Positions 20,533 to 30,072 of a stretch of DNA of 64,000 nt are shown one piece after another. The position numbers were made by a program, and so were the translations under genes. The first letter of the stretch is position 1; each line of letters begins with the position of its first letter. Source of the DNA: Spirochaetota bacterium. Its GTDB lineage: Bacteria; Spirochaetota; UBA4802; UB4802. Below the pieces are notes generated by a model. That model saw only the letters and a list, made by a program, of their open reading frames with translations. It had not been told where the DNA came from and did not search any database. The stretch spans positions 1,423 through 65,422 of the forward strand of contig JBBFLA010000017.1 of NCBI GenBank assembly GCA_037481795.1, in the 5' to 3' direction.

Positions 20533-21837
20533 CTATAAAATGGGTAGATAGGTATCAATTTCATAATCGGTAATATGGCGATTATACTGGTCAAGCTCGT
20601 AGTGTTTATTTTCTATAAATAGTTCCACCAGTTTATCGCCCAGTGCATCGCGCATCAGGCTGCTTTTTTCAAATAATTTTAGTGCATCAGATAAATTAGA
20701 AGGCAGTGACTTTTCAGAAAAAGTTGATTTTTTTTCACTGAGATTATGAGGTTTTGGCAGTGGGTCGTTATGCTCAATGCCTGAAAGCCCTGCAGCTAAG
20801 ATTGCTGAAAATAATAGATAGGGATTGCATGCAGGGTCCGGGTTTCTGAGTTCAACTCTAACTGAATTTGGATTATCAGTTCTTGATGTGGTAATGCGGA
20901 TAAGTGATGATGGATTATTGATACTCCATGATAGGTCAATGGGTGCTTCAAATCCATAATTAAGGCGTTTATACGAATTTACCCACTGATTGGATATGGC
21001 AAAGAACTCTGGAGCGTGTTTAAGAAGGCCTGCTATGTAATGCTTTGCAATGTCCGAAAGCATAAATTCATCGTTACTATCGTAAAAAATATTTACTTCG
21101 TTTTTGAATAATGACTGATGAATATGCATGCCACAACCATTGTACTGTGATAGTGGTTTTGGCATGAATGAAGCGTATATGTTATTTTGTTGGGCTATCT
21201 CCTTGGTTGCTGTTTTAAATGTCATGATGTTATCAGCTATGCTCAGAGCATCATCATGGCGCAGGTCAATCTCATGCTGACTGGGGGCGCCTTCATGATG
21301 TGATGTCTTCACGCCAATGCCCATTTCTTCCAGTGTAAGAACCATCTGGCGGCGGATATCGCTTGCAATATCAAGTGGGGTAAGGTCAAAATAACCTCCC
21401 CTATCAAGAAACTCCGGTGATTCGGAATTTTTGAATAAAAAGAATTCAATTTCCGGGCCAACATAGAATAAATAGCCTTTGTCAGATGCTTTCTTAAGAT
21501 TTTTATACAGAATGTACCGAACATCACATTCATAAGGGGTCATATCGGTATTATAGATATAGCAGAACATGCGTGCTACTGAATTACTCTTAGGGCGCCA
21601 TGGTAAAATTTCAAATGTTTCAACATCAGGCATGGCAATCATTTCTTTTTCGGTTTTACGTACAAATCCATGTATTGTAGAACCGTCAAAGCGCACTCCT
21701 TCCTCTAAAGCATCCTCAAGCTCGTTACTGGTTATGGCAAAACTTTTTAAAAACCCTAAAATGTCAGTAAACCATAACCGTATAAACTTCACATCATTAT
21801 CATGTGCCGTTTTTAAAATATATTCGCGATTGTCCAC
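20533..21837 (-). CDS. glnA: Glutamine synthetase type I family protein
   Basis: FDGST, GPEIEFF, HHE..PSQHE, FMPKP, GMHIHQSL, NSYKRL, ELRNPDPACNPYL. Confidence 0.88.
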   Translation of the reverse strand: MDNREYILKTAHDNDVKFIRLWFTDILGFLKSFAITSNELEDALEEGVRFDGSTIHGFVRKTEKEMIAMPDVETFEILPWRPKSNSVARMFCYIYNTDMTPYECDVRYILYKNLKKASDKGYLFYVGPEIEFFLFKNSESPEFLDRGGYFDLTPLDIASDIRRQMVLTLEEMGIGVKTSHHEGAPSQHEIDLRHDDALSIADNIMTFKTATKEIAQQNNIYASFMPKPLSQYNGCGMHIHQSLFKNEVNIFYDSNDEFMLSDIAKHYIAGLLKHAPEFFAISNQWVNSYKRLNYGFEAPIDLSWSINNPSSLIRITTSRTDNPNSVRVELRNPDPACNPYLLFSAILAAGLSGIEHNDPLPKPHNLSEKKSTFSEKSLPSNLSDALKLFEKSSLMRDALGDKLVELFIENKHYELDQYNRHITDYEIDTYLPIL

Positions 21838-21965
21838 TATCGTATACCGTTCCTCTTTATTCCATGTATTGAAGCTATCCGTATAACAGCTTCATAATAT
21901 TCTTCTCGTGAAATCTTTCCTTCGGCCATTTCTTCATACAGCAGTCTCAGGAGCAGATAAAACAT
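21837..21965 (-). CDS. 42-aa small protein translationally coupled to glnA
   Basis: MFYLLLRLLYEEMAEGKISREEYYEAVIRIASIHGIKRNGIR; AAGGAGG RBS; its TAG overlaps the glnA GTG (TAGTG). Confidence 0.65.
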   Translation of the reverse strand: MFYLLLRLLYEEMAEGKISREEYYEAVIRIASIHGIKRNGIR

Positions 21966-22057
21966 ACACCGCCTCCTTTGCATTGATATATGCTGCTGTT
22001 GTATTAATCGGCCTGAAGGTTTAATGAAATTAGAGGAAGTAGGGCTTATTTTGTCAA

Positions 22058-23050
22058 TTAAAAGCTTATATATATAAGCAAAACAAAAATGATAAGCAGG
22101 AGCACAAATAATGATATTATTACATACGTTAACTTTGAAAACCCAGCATCCTCATAGGTTGTTGCTTGAGATTGGGTTTTTGGTGATTGTTTGGGTATTA
22201 CTTTTTGCGTTAACGGGCCATCAATGATAGGATCATAAAGGCGTAATTTAACCTGCCGTTCATCTTCAATACACTTGCCATAAATACCAGGGCCTATACG
22301 GGTAAGTATTTCAATGGGCTCATTCTTCCCATCAGATTTTATATCTATAACTTCAGTAGCTATTGGCTTTATATGATTCTCAACACGTAACCCCAATAGA
22401 TCAATGAAATAATTTGCTCTGTCGGTATTGGGTATTATCTTTGTCATTATTTTATCACCAACTTTTAATTCATAGATAGGTTTACCTTTTACAGGTGCCA
22501 GTATTGGCTGTATATTCAATATAACAGCGCCTTCTTCCAGTTCAGCTTCAGCTGTTGATGATTTTTCTTCAGGTTGTGTGTACCTTTTTTCCTTTGTCTG
22601 GGCAAATTCTTCAGCAGTCACTTCCTGGATACTTGTTTCCAGTACAAGGTTTTTATCATGTATAACCCGGTTAATGGTATCAAAAAGAAATGTATCAATA
22701 CTATCGTAATCATAATTGTTAGCATAGTCATAGAGCTGGTTTGTTTTGGTGTCCTCAGTTGCAATTTCCTTGAAATTATCCATTATTGAAGTTGTTAAAT
22801 TTGCGTTAAAATTACCTTTCCATTTTAGTTCCAGAATTACCTGTTCATATTTATCCCATGGGAGGTGAGGTTCATTTTCATAGATATTGGAAAAGGTTGA
22901 AACGGCAACATTGTATGTATCAATACGCCTGTCCTGATTAAAGATAATTATAAAAAGCCCATATAAATTCATTGAAAGGGCTTTGAAACGCCCTTTTATA
23001 ATAATTAAATGGTCACTGAAAAGATTGTCATTTTCGCTTTCTATAGCCAT
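22058..23050 (-). CDS. Hypothetical protein with C-terminal membrane anchor (possibly DUF4899-like)
   Basis: 330 aa; PILAPVKGKPIYELKVGDKI motif; terminal TM. Confidence 0.75.
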   Translation of the reverse strand: MAIESENDNLFSDHLIIIKGRFKALSMNLYGLFIIIFNQDRRIDTYNVAVSTFSNIYENEPHLPWDKYEQVILELKWKGNFNANLTTSIMDNFKEIATEDTKTNQLYDYANNYDYDSIDTFLFDTINRVIHDKNLVLETSIQEVTAEEFAQTKEKRYTQPEEKSSTAEAELEEGAVILNIQPILAPVKGKPIYELKVGDKIMTKIIPNTDRANYFIDLLGLRVENHIKPIATEVIDIKSDGKNEPIEILTRIGPGIYGKCIEDERQVKLRLYDPIIDGPLTQKVIPKQSPKTQSQATTYEDAGFSKLTYVIISLFVLLLIIFVLLIYISF

Positions 23051-23260
23051 AAGTTATTCCACACACAAAAAATATTTATATATAGTATGTATCGGCATGT
23101 ATATATATTTTACTATAAATCTCGATAACTTTCGCTCAATAAAGATATTGGTGTATTCAATATAGTGACATAGATTATAATAATATTGTCAATATAAAAA
23201 TTTTTTATTTGATTAATTTTACAAGTATATTGTTTATAAATCTACTTGGATAAATGAACT

Positions 23261-24700
23261 ATGATGAGGAATCCTATGAAAGGGATTGAACTGCTTACTG
23301 ACCTGTATGAATTGACAATGATGCAGGTCTACATGAAAACAGGTATAATACAGAAATATGCGATTTTTGATATGTTCTTCAGAAAGAATCCTTTTAATTC
23401 CGGCTATGTTGTGTTTGCGGGATTGGAGCAGCTTATTGACTATCTGCAAAACCTTTCCTTTTCAAAGGAAAGCATTGACTACCTCTATTCGTTGCATGTT
23501 TTTTCCGATGATTTTTTGGATTATTGTAAATCGTTTCGTTTTACTGGTAGCATATTTTCATTTCAAGAAGGCGATATAGTTTTCCCCGAGGAACCAGTAA
23601 TCAGAGTGGAAGCTCCGTTAGGACAGGCTCAACTTATTGAAACGGCATTGCTTAATTGCATCAATTTTCAGTCGCTTATTGCAACAAAAGCTGCACGGGT
23701 ATGTTATGCTGCTAAAGGCAGGCAGGTGATAGAGTTTGGTTTGCGGCGAGCTCAGGGGCCTGATGGAGGCATCAGTGCAAGCAGGGCTTCCTTTATTGGT
23801 GGGTGTATTGGTACATCAAATGTTTTAGCCGGAAAACTGTATGGCATACCTGTTAAGGGTACCCATGCACATAGCTTTGTCATGGCGTATGATAGTGAAG
23901 TTGAGGCATTTAATAATTATACCAATGTATTCCCTGACAGCTCAATATTGCTGGTAGATACCTATGATACAATACACTCGGGTATTATTAATGCGATAGC
24001 CGCTGCAAAGAAGCTTCAGAAACAGGGAAAACATCTTGCAGGCATTAGGCTTGACAGTGGTGATCTTTTAGATTTAAGCAAAAAGGTGCGAAAGTTACTG
24101 GATGAAGAAGGTTTGGAGTATATAAAAATCGTTGCTTCAAATGACCTTGATGAATTTCGTATTGATGAATTGCTGCGTCATGAAGCTCCCATCGATGTCT
24201 TTGGAGTGGGCACGCGGCTTGCAACTGGCTATCCTGAGGCAGCTTTATCCGGTGTGTACAAAATGGCAGCAATAGAAAACGATGGAAAGTTAATCCCCAA
24301 AATGAAGGTATCTGATGAAATGTCAAAAGGGACCATTCCTTCAAGGAAGAATGTATACAGATACTATAATTCTGATAATACTCTATGTTTTGATATTATC
24401 TGCCAGGATGATGAGATTGTACTGGATGGTGATGTGTATGATATAAAGGGGAATAGATTTACTGTTGATAAAGATCTCTTTTCACGATGCATGCATATAC
24501 CTGTTTTTCAGAATGGAACTTTAGTTTATCAAAAGCCTTCATTACAGGAAATTCAGCATCATTGTGTTGCCAGTATGCAATCGCTACCTGAATCTTTGAA
24601 AGATTTGTATAATCCAGTTGAATATCAGGTTTACATAAGCCCAAAACTTTTCCATTTAGTGGAATCCATGAGGACTGCAATTCATAAGAAAATTGATTAA
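23261..24700 (+). CDS. pncB: Nicotinate phosphoribosyltransferase
   Basis: LLTDLYELTM, EFGLRRAQG, GTHAHS, LVDTYD, GIRLDSGDL, FGVGT. Confidence 0.96.
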   Translation: MMRNPMKGIELLTDLYELTMMQVYMKTGIIQKYAIFDMFFRKNPFNSGYVVFAGLEQLIDYLQNLSFSKESIDYLYSLHVFSDDFLDYCKSFRFTGSIFSFQEGDIVFPEEPVIRVEAPLGQAQLIETALLNCINFQSLIATKAARVCYAAKGRQVIEFGLRRAQGPDGGISASRASFIGGCIGTSNVLAGKLYGIPVKGTHAHSFVMAYDSEVEAFNNYTNVFPDSSILLVDTYDTIHSGIINAIAAAKKLQKQGKHLAGIRLDSGDLLDLSKKVRKLLDEEGLEYIKIVASNDLDEFRIDELLRHEAPIDVFGVGTRLATGYPEAALSGVYKMAAIENDGKLIPKMKVSDEMSKGTIPSRKNVYRYYNSDNTLCFDIICQDDEIVLDGDVYDIKGNRFTVDKDLFSRCMHIPVFQNGTLVYQKPSLQEIQHHCVASMQSLPESLKDLYNPVEYQVYISPKLFHLVESMRTAIHKKID

Positions 24701-24807
24701 ATATATTTAAAATGTAGTTGAAGTTGTTGACTTATATATTATACTATGGTGTTATTCATAGTAGGAATACACTATATTTTATTCTGGCTGGAGGTTTCAA
24801 TAGCTAT

Positions 24808-25266
24808 ATGAACAGTGAAGATGTAAAAAGCAAAATGACAGGTACTATAACCAGAAGTCTTGTGATAAAAGTAGTTATTGTAGCTTTCATCGTAATTTTT
24901 GTATTGTGGTTAATTTTTAATATTAAGGATTACGGTAAAGTTAATCTGGTAATTTCAAATGAGGAAATTACTTCAAATGATCAGGCTTCAGTGCAAAAAT
25001 TTACAGATAAGGACAAGATATATTTTTTTATTGATAGAGTCATCAAACCATCTCTTGACTGTAATACGGTTTCAGTTGTCATAGATTATTATGAAAACAA
25101 TTCTTTTACCCAGTATAAACAAATTATATTTGAAGTGGATAAAAATTTCAAGAATTTAAGTACCTATATACCGCAGGAGTATTTTAAAAGAAATGGAAAA
25201 TACCAGTTAAAGGTTTTACTGGATGGGAAACTCATGGTTACAAGGGAATTTGAAGTAGAAAAATAA
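24808..25266 (+). CDS. Hypothetical membrane-anchored Ig-like protein
   Basis: N-terminal TM; GKYQLKVLLDGK strand; GGAGG RBS supports ATG 24808. Confidence 0.7.
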   Translation: MNSEDVKSKMTGTITRSLVIKVVIVAFIVIFVLWLIFNIKDYGKVNLVISNEEITSNDQASVQKFTDKDKIYFFIDRVIKPSLDCNTVSVVIDYYENNSFTQYKQIIFEVDKNFKNLSTYIPQEYFKRNGKYQLKVLLDGKLMVTREFEVEK

Positions 25267-25283
25267 ATGTATGAAGGTGTACA

Positions 25284-26369
25284 ATGAAGCGATTTTTCAT
25301 ATCTATTAGTATTCTCATTTTTATATATTCAATTTCTGCAAATAGCTTTGCTGACCAGTTAACTGCTGACAGGGCTATACAGGAAAATAAGGAATTTATT
25401 GAATTTATGGATGTGCCACTATCAAATTTTGGTGAAAAATATAAAGAAACATTTAAAGACATATACCAGATACATTTTAATGCTGAGGTGGCATATCTAC
25501 AGTCAGATTATAACCGGGCTTTCAGGAATGTATATGAATCACAGAAAAAGCAGGCTGACCTATATTCACAGGTAGTACGCGAATACCTTGACGAAACAAA
25601 GAAATTTTTAGACTCAATTTCACCAGAAGTGATAAAGTCAAAAAATAAAAAGGCACGGTTATATCTTAATTTGGCATACAGGGACCGTGAGGTTGCGCGT
25701 ACCCATCATACTGTTGCAGATGCATCAAACCCAAAATTATGTTCAAATAAGATATATAAATATATTGAGGCAATAAAGGTTCTTCGCCGCGCACGAAGGT
25801 ATGGCTTTTTAGCCATGTTTGAATCGCAGACTGATGAAACAAAGAAAAAGATCTATAACCACCTTTTTGAGATAGAGCGTGAGAAAGGAAATCTATTCTA
25901 TGTCAGATTTATTTCTAAAACAGAGCAGGAAATAATTGACGAGATGCAAAAAGAATATTATGATGTTCAGATAGCAGCTGTGAATACACAGCCATCAAAA
26001 CAGGAAGATACCTACGAAAAACGTATAGAAAAACGAGCCCGTTTCAGGGATGAACGAAGGGTTGCTGAATATATTTTAACTGCAGAATTTGAAAAAGCTG
26101 AACCAATAATTCGAGATTATGTGAAAGATTTTAATTTTAATCTTATTGTGGCTACTATTGAATATTTAGTTGCCAGTAAATCGCCCATGGTAAGTAGTTT
26201 TTCAGTTGAGCATTTAAAGCGATATCATGACGATAATTACTCACGGTACTATAGCCCTTCAACACTTAATGCTTTTGCCGGTGAAATGAAAGTTGTTGAT
26301 GCTATAGAAAAAAAGCCTGAAGGGGAATTGTCTGAGGGAAAACCCCAAACAGATAACAAGCAGAAGTAG
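25284..26369 (+). CDS. Exported helical protein, resembles the Leptospira OmpL37 adhesin family
   Basis: Signal peptide; ENKEFI...SNF near the N-terminus and HDDNY near the C-terminus (family recalled from memory, not searched). Confidence 0.6.
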   Translation: MKRFFISISILIFIYSISANSFADQLTADRAIQENKEFIEFMDVPLSNFGEKYKETFKDIYQIHFNAEVAYLQSDYNRAFRNVYESQKKQADLYSQVVREYLDETKKFLDSISPEVIKSKNKKARLYLNLAYRDREVARTHHTVADASNPKLCSNKIYKYIEAIKVLRRARRYGFLAMFESQTDETKKKIYNHLFEIEREKGNLFYVRFISKTEQEIIDEMQKEYYDVQIAAVNTQPSKQEDTYEKRIEKRARFRDERRVAEYILTAEFEKAEPIIRDYVKDFNFNLIVATIEYLVASKSPMVSSFSVEHLKRYHDDNYSRYYSPSTLNAFAGEMKVVDAIEKKPEGELSEGKPQTDNKQK

Positions 26370-26432
26370 CAGACTATTTGATGCAGGTTCAGGGCAAAAG
26401 CATATTATGATAAATGTACAGGATGGCTTTCT

Positions 26433-26684
26433 ATGGATAATTCGGAGTTGCTCAATTCAATACACAGAAGAATGATGAATGAATTGCTGAATCGTTCTCA
26501 GGGCAGGTCAAGCGCACCCCAATTAAAAGAGATTATTGCGATAGACCAGAACTTACGAAAGGAGATTGCAGATCTTTATACACGCCTGGTGGAGCTTGGC
26601 GATAAAGAGATGGCAATCAATATTTTGTCGGATCATGTTGCCATCATGGTTGAGATGATAGTTAGCTTCAAAACTGAGAAATAA
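26433..26684 (+). CDS. Hypothetical helical protein
   Basis: 83-aa ORF within a co-directional run. Confidence 0.7.
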   Translation: MDNSELLNSIHRRMMNELLNRSQGRSSAPQLKEIIAIDQNLRKEIADLYTRLVELGDKEMAINILSDHVAIMVEMIVSFKTEK

Positions 26685-26704
26685 TCCATTCTAGAGGTAC
26701 GGTT

Positions 26705-27052
26705 ATGAAAAAACTCATTATCGCTATTCTTGGGATAGTATTAATAACATGCTCTGGAGAAGAATTTGGCGGTTTGGGTATTGAAGTGCCTGCCGGTCCT
26801 GAAAAGGTCAGTAAAACCAACCCGTTTGTTATAGCAAGTGTATATGAAGGAGGGACCGGATACCAGGCCGGGCTTAAAGAAGGTGATATTATTGTATCGG
26901 TTGATGGAGTTCCTCTTGAAGGATTGCAAAATGATTACATTGTTACAAACCTGTTGCGCGGGAAGGTAGGAAGTGTTGTAACACTGGAAATTAAAAGAGG
27001 TGACAATCTGATGCTGTTTAGGGTTATGCGGGGAAAAATTGTTTTAAAATAA
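26705..27052 (+). CDS. Stand-alone PDZ-domain lipoprotein
   Basis: LITC lipobox; FGGLGI loop; AGLKEGDIIVSVDG. Confidence 0.88.
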   Translation: MKKLIIAILGIVLITCSGEEFGGLGIEVPAGPEKVSKTNPFVIASVYEGGTGYQAGLKEGDIIVSVDGVPLEGLQNDYIVTNLLRGKVGSVVTLEIKRGDNLMLFRVMRGKIVLK

Positions 27053-27058
27053 AATATT

Positions 27059-27151
27059 ATGAAGAAAGTTATAGATAGGATTATACTGATTTTTTCGATT
27101 CTTTTCTGGATTGTCATTATTGCTGATAGCATATACTGGTTTTTCTTTTAA
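27059..27151 (+). CDS. Putative 30-aa single-TM peptide
   Basis: MKKVIDRIILIFSILFWIVIIADSIYWFFF fills the gap between the PDZ and HDOD genes. Confidence 0.4.
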   Translation: MKKVIDRIILIFSILFWIVIIADSIYWFFF

Positions 27152-27185
27152 AAGAAATAATGGATAGTAATAGCAGGTGGGGTTG

Positions 27186-28034
27186 ATGGCTCAAAATATT
27201 GTGGCCAAGGTTAAAGACTCAATAGAAAAAATGCCGCCACTATCTCCGGTGGTGCATAAAATAATAATTGTGGCAAATGATGTGACCTCATCAGCACAGC
27301 ATTTGACGGATGTAATTCAGCTTGATCCGGTATTGACTGCAAAAGTAATACGCATGGTTAACTCTGCATATTTTGGGCTACCACAGGAGATTAAATCTTT
27401 AAAGCAGGCTGTGGTTATGCTGGGTATTAATACCATAAAGAATGTTGCGCTGTCATCTGCATTGATGGGAAAAATTGCGTTAAAGAAGGGTGTGTTAGAC
27501 CCTGAGGAATTCTGGAAGCATTCTATTGGTGTGGCGGTTGCATCAAAATTAATTGCACAGCGATTGGGTATTGATAAAAAGCTTCTGGAAGAGTTTTTTA
27601 TTGCCGGGCTTATCCATGATATAGGCAAAGTTTTGATGAATAATTTTTTTCCGGATGAAATGAAACAGATAATTGATATATCGCAATCAAAGGGTGGATT
27701 GATTATTGATATAGAAAAAAATATTCTTGGACTAACCCATGAGGAGATAGGTATAGCAATAGGGAAAAAATGGAATTTTGAAAATAATCTTCTTTATGCA
27801 GTTGGAAGACACCATATACCGGTTTTGAAAGGTGATTCGGCCATCTATTCAATGGTGGTTCATGTAGCAGATACGTTTTCCAAGGTATTGAAAGTTGGAT
27901 TCAGCGGGAATTATGTTATTGATACTATTGATGAAGCAATATGGCAAACACTGGGAATATCTGAGGAGATAGTTTTTGATGCACTAACTCCTTTAAGTGA
28001 TGAGATACAAAAGGCTAAATTATTTTTACAATGA
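27186..28034 (+). CDS. HDOD domain protein
   Basis: DPVLTAKVIRMVNSAYFG, FWKHS, AGLIHDIGK, RHH. Confidence 0.92.
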   Translation: MAQNIVAKVKDSIEKMPPLSPVVHKIIIVANDVTSSAQHLTDVIQLDPVLTAKVIRMVNSAYFGLPQEIKSLKQAVVMLGINTIKNVALSSALMGKIALKKGVLDPEEFWKHSIGVAVASKLIAQRLGIDKKLLEEFFIAGLIHDIGKVLMNNFFPDEMKQIIDISQSKGGLIIDIEKNILGLTHEEIGIAIGKKWNFENNLLYAVGRHHIPVLKGDSAIYSMVVHVADTFSKVLKVGFSGNYVIDTIDEAIWQTLGISEEIVFDALTPLSDEIQKAKLFLQ

Positions 28035-28909
28035 GCACACTGACGGTCACATTCTGGGGAGTGCGTGGTTCCATACCTGTTCCCGGTCCTGATACCATGA
28101 AATATGGTGGTAATACGGCCTGCCTGGATTTGCGCTCAGATGCTGGTGACTGGATAGTATTTGATGCAGGGACAGGGCTTAGAGTACTGGGTGAATCACT
28201 GGATCTGTCAAAAAACTATACTGTTAATTTATGCATTTCTCATCCTCACTGGGATCACATTAATGGATTTCCGTTTTTTCCAGTAATCTATATTCCGGGT
28301 AATACAGTTAATATCTATGGCCCTGGAACATTTGAAAAGAGCTTGGAAGAAATAATACGCGGCCAGATGCAGTACAGTTATTTCCCGGTGCGTACTGATG
28401 AATTGCGCGCCAGTATACATTTTTATGAGATAAAAAACAACCAGTTTGAAGTTGGCAACTTTAAGGTTTATACGCACCTTCTTAACCATCCGGTAACCTG
28501 TTATGGATATAGAGTAGTATATAGGGATAAGGTATTTATATATTTAGGTGACAATGAGCCATATTATAATGTTTTTAAAGATAATGACCCGGAGGTAGTC
28601 CAATTTGCAAAGCAGATGAATGAGCAACTTATTGAATTTGTCAAAGGTGCGGATGTCCTGGTATCAGATGCACAGTATATACCGGCTGAATACCCAAAGA
28701 AAACCGGCTGGGGGCATAGTACAACGCATCACATTATCAATCTGGCACTTAAGGCAAAAGTTAAAACATTGTTTTTATTTCACCATGAACCCTTACGGAA
28801 AGATAAGGAAATGGACGCAATAGTTACTCACTACCGGAATGTGCTGAAGAAAAAGGGGCTTACACTTGAACTGTATGCTGCAGCAGAAAGAGAATCATAT
28901 ACATTTTAG
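28031..28909 (+). CDS. MBL-fold metallo-hydrolase (RNase Z/phosphodiesterase-like)
   Basis: FWGVRGSIP, GGNT, DAGTG, SHPHWDH, WGHS, FHHEP; ATGA overlap with the HDOD gene. Confidence 0.9.
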   Translation: MSTLTVTFWGVRGSIPVPGPDTMKYGGNTACLDLRSDAGDWIVFDAGTGLRVLGESLDLSKNYTVNLCISHPHWDHINGFPFFPVIYIPGNTVNIYGPGTFEKSLEEIIRGQMQYSYFPVRTDELRASIHFYEIKNNQFEVGNFKVYTHLLNHPVTCYGYRVVYRDKVFIYLGDNEPYYNVFKDNDPEVVQFAKQMNEQLIEFVKGADVLVSDAQYIPAEYPKKTGWGHSTTHHIINLALKAKVKTLFLFHHEPLRKDKEMDAIVTHYRNVLKKKGLTLELYAAAERESYTF

Positions 28910-29003
28910 TTATTGATAATAATGGCAGTTTACACCTGCGCAAGGAAGTAGTAAATTTTTGTGATTAGAATTCAGTACTAATTCTTTAAAAAATTTCATA
29001 ATG

Positions 29004-29052
29004 AAAATAGTGTACACCCCGCCGCCGAAGGCGGCGGGGTGTACACTATTTT
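29004..29052. repeat. Perfect 23-bp-arm inverted repeat between convergent genes (bidirectional terminator or MITE-like)
   Basis: aaaatagtgtacaccccgccgcc-gaa-ggcggcggggtgtacactatttt. Confidence 0.85.
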
Positions 29053-29127
29053 ATGTTTTGTTTAAATTCCAGCATTTAAGAATAATTAATGAGTAGAATT
29101 TATAAATCATTTATAAAAACATTGTAG

Positions 29128-30060
29128 TCATTCATAGATAATGGTATTCCTGCCAGAATTTTTTGCCTTGTAGAGATTATCATCTACCTTTTTAATAATA
29201 TCATCAACTGTTTCAAATTTGCTTAGCATATCCTTGATTGATACAATGCCAATGCTTGCTGTTACTTTAAAATTAAGATTGCGGTACACATGTTCGGAGT
29301 CCATTATCTCCTCTTTCATCCGTTTTGCAACATTGATAGCGTCATCTGCTTTTGTCTCGGGCAATATGACCATGAATTCCTCACCGCCATACCTGAATGC
29401 AAGGTCAGAATCACGAAGCTGGTTTATTATTATTGATGATATCTTGCGTAAAACGATATCACCAACCTGATGACCGTAATTATCGTTTACTAATTTAAAG
29501 TGATCAATATCAAGCATTAAAAGCGATAGATCACGATTGTAGCGTTTGGCACGTTTAAATTCAAGTTCAATTTGTTCAATAAAATATCTTCGGTTATATA
29601 GCCCTGTTAAGGGATCGGTAATTGAAAGCCACTTTAATATTTCAGTGCGCTGTTCAACCATTTCTTCAAGGTTGTTGGAATATTTTTCAAGTAACTTCTT
29701 TGATTCAATCAGTTCATTAACTATGGTGTCCTTTTCGCGCAACAGTGAATCTGATTGAGCTTTAAATTGTCCAAGCTGCTGTATTAACTGAATCAATAAA
29801 TCTTTTGAAAGAGGATCTGTGTAGGTATACTCTGCATTAATTAGTGACTGGATTGAACGCAGTAGTAGTATAAAAGGCTTTGCGGTAAACATAGCCATAT
29901 AGATACTGAAAAATATGTTTATTGCAGCAATACCCACAATAATGGTTGGAGTAAAATTTATAGCATTAATTATAAAGAAAAATATACAGATAGCTCCTGT
30001 CATCACAATATTGTATAGTAGGAATTTTATAAAGAGTGTTAATGTTGTTTTATTGAACAT
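29128..30060 (-). CDS. Membrane-bound diguanylate cyclase (GGEEF)
   Basis: Two N-terminal TMs, coiled coil, DPLTGLYNRR, DIDHFK, RxxD I-site, RYGGEEF. Confidence 0.93.
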   Translation of the reverse strand: MFNKTTLTLFIKFLLYNIVMTGAICIFFFIINAINFTPTIIVGIAAINIFFSIYMAMFTAKPFILLLRSIQSLINAEYTYTDPLSKDLLIQLIQQLGQFKAQSDSLLREKDTIVNELIESKKLLEKYSNNLEEMVEQRTEILKWLSITDPLTGLYNRRYFIEQIELEFKRAKRYNRDLSLLMLDIDHFKLVNDNYGHQVGDIVLRKISSIIINQLRDSDLAFRYGGEEFMVILPETKADDAINVAKRMKEEIMDSEHVYRNLNFKVTASIGIVSIKDMLSKFETVDDIIKKVDDNLYKAKNSGRNTIIYE

Positions 30061-30072
30061 ACAATAAGTGCC

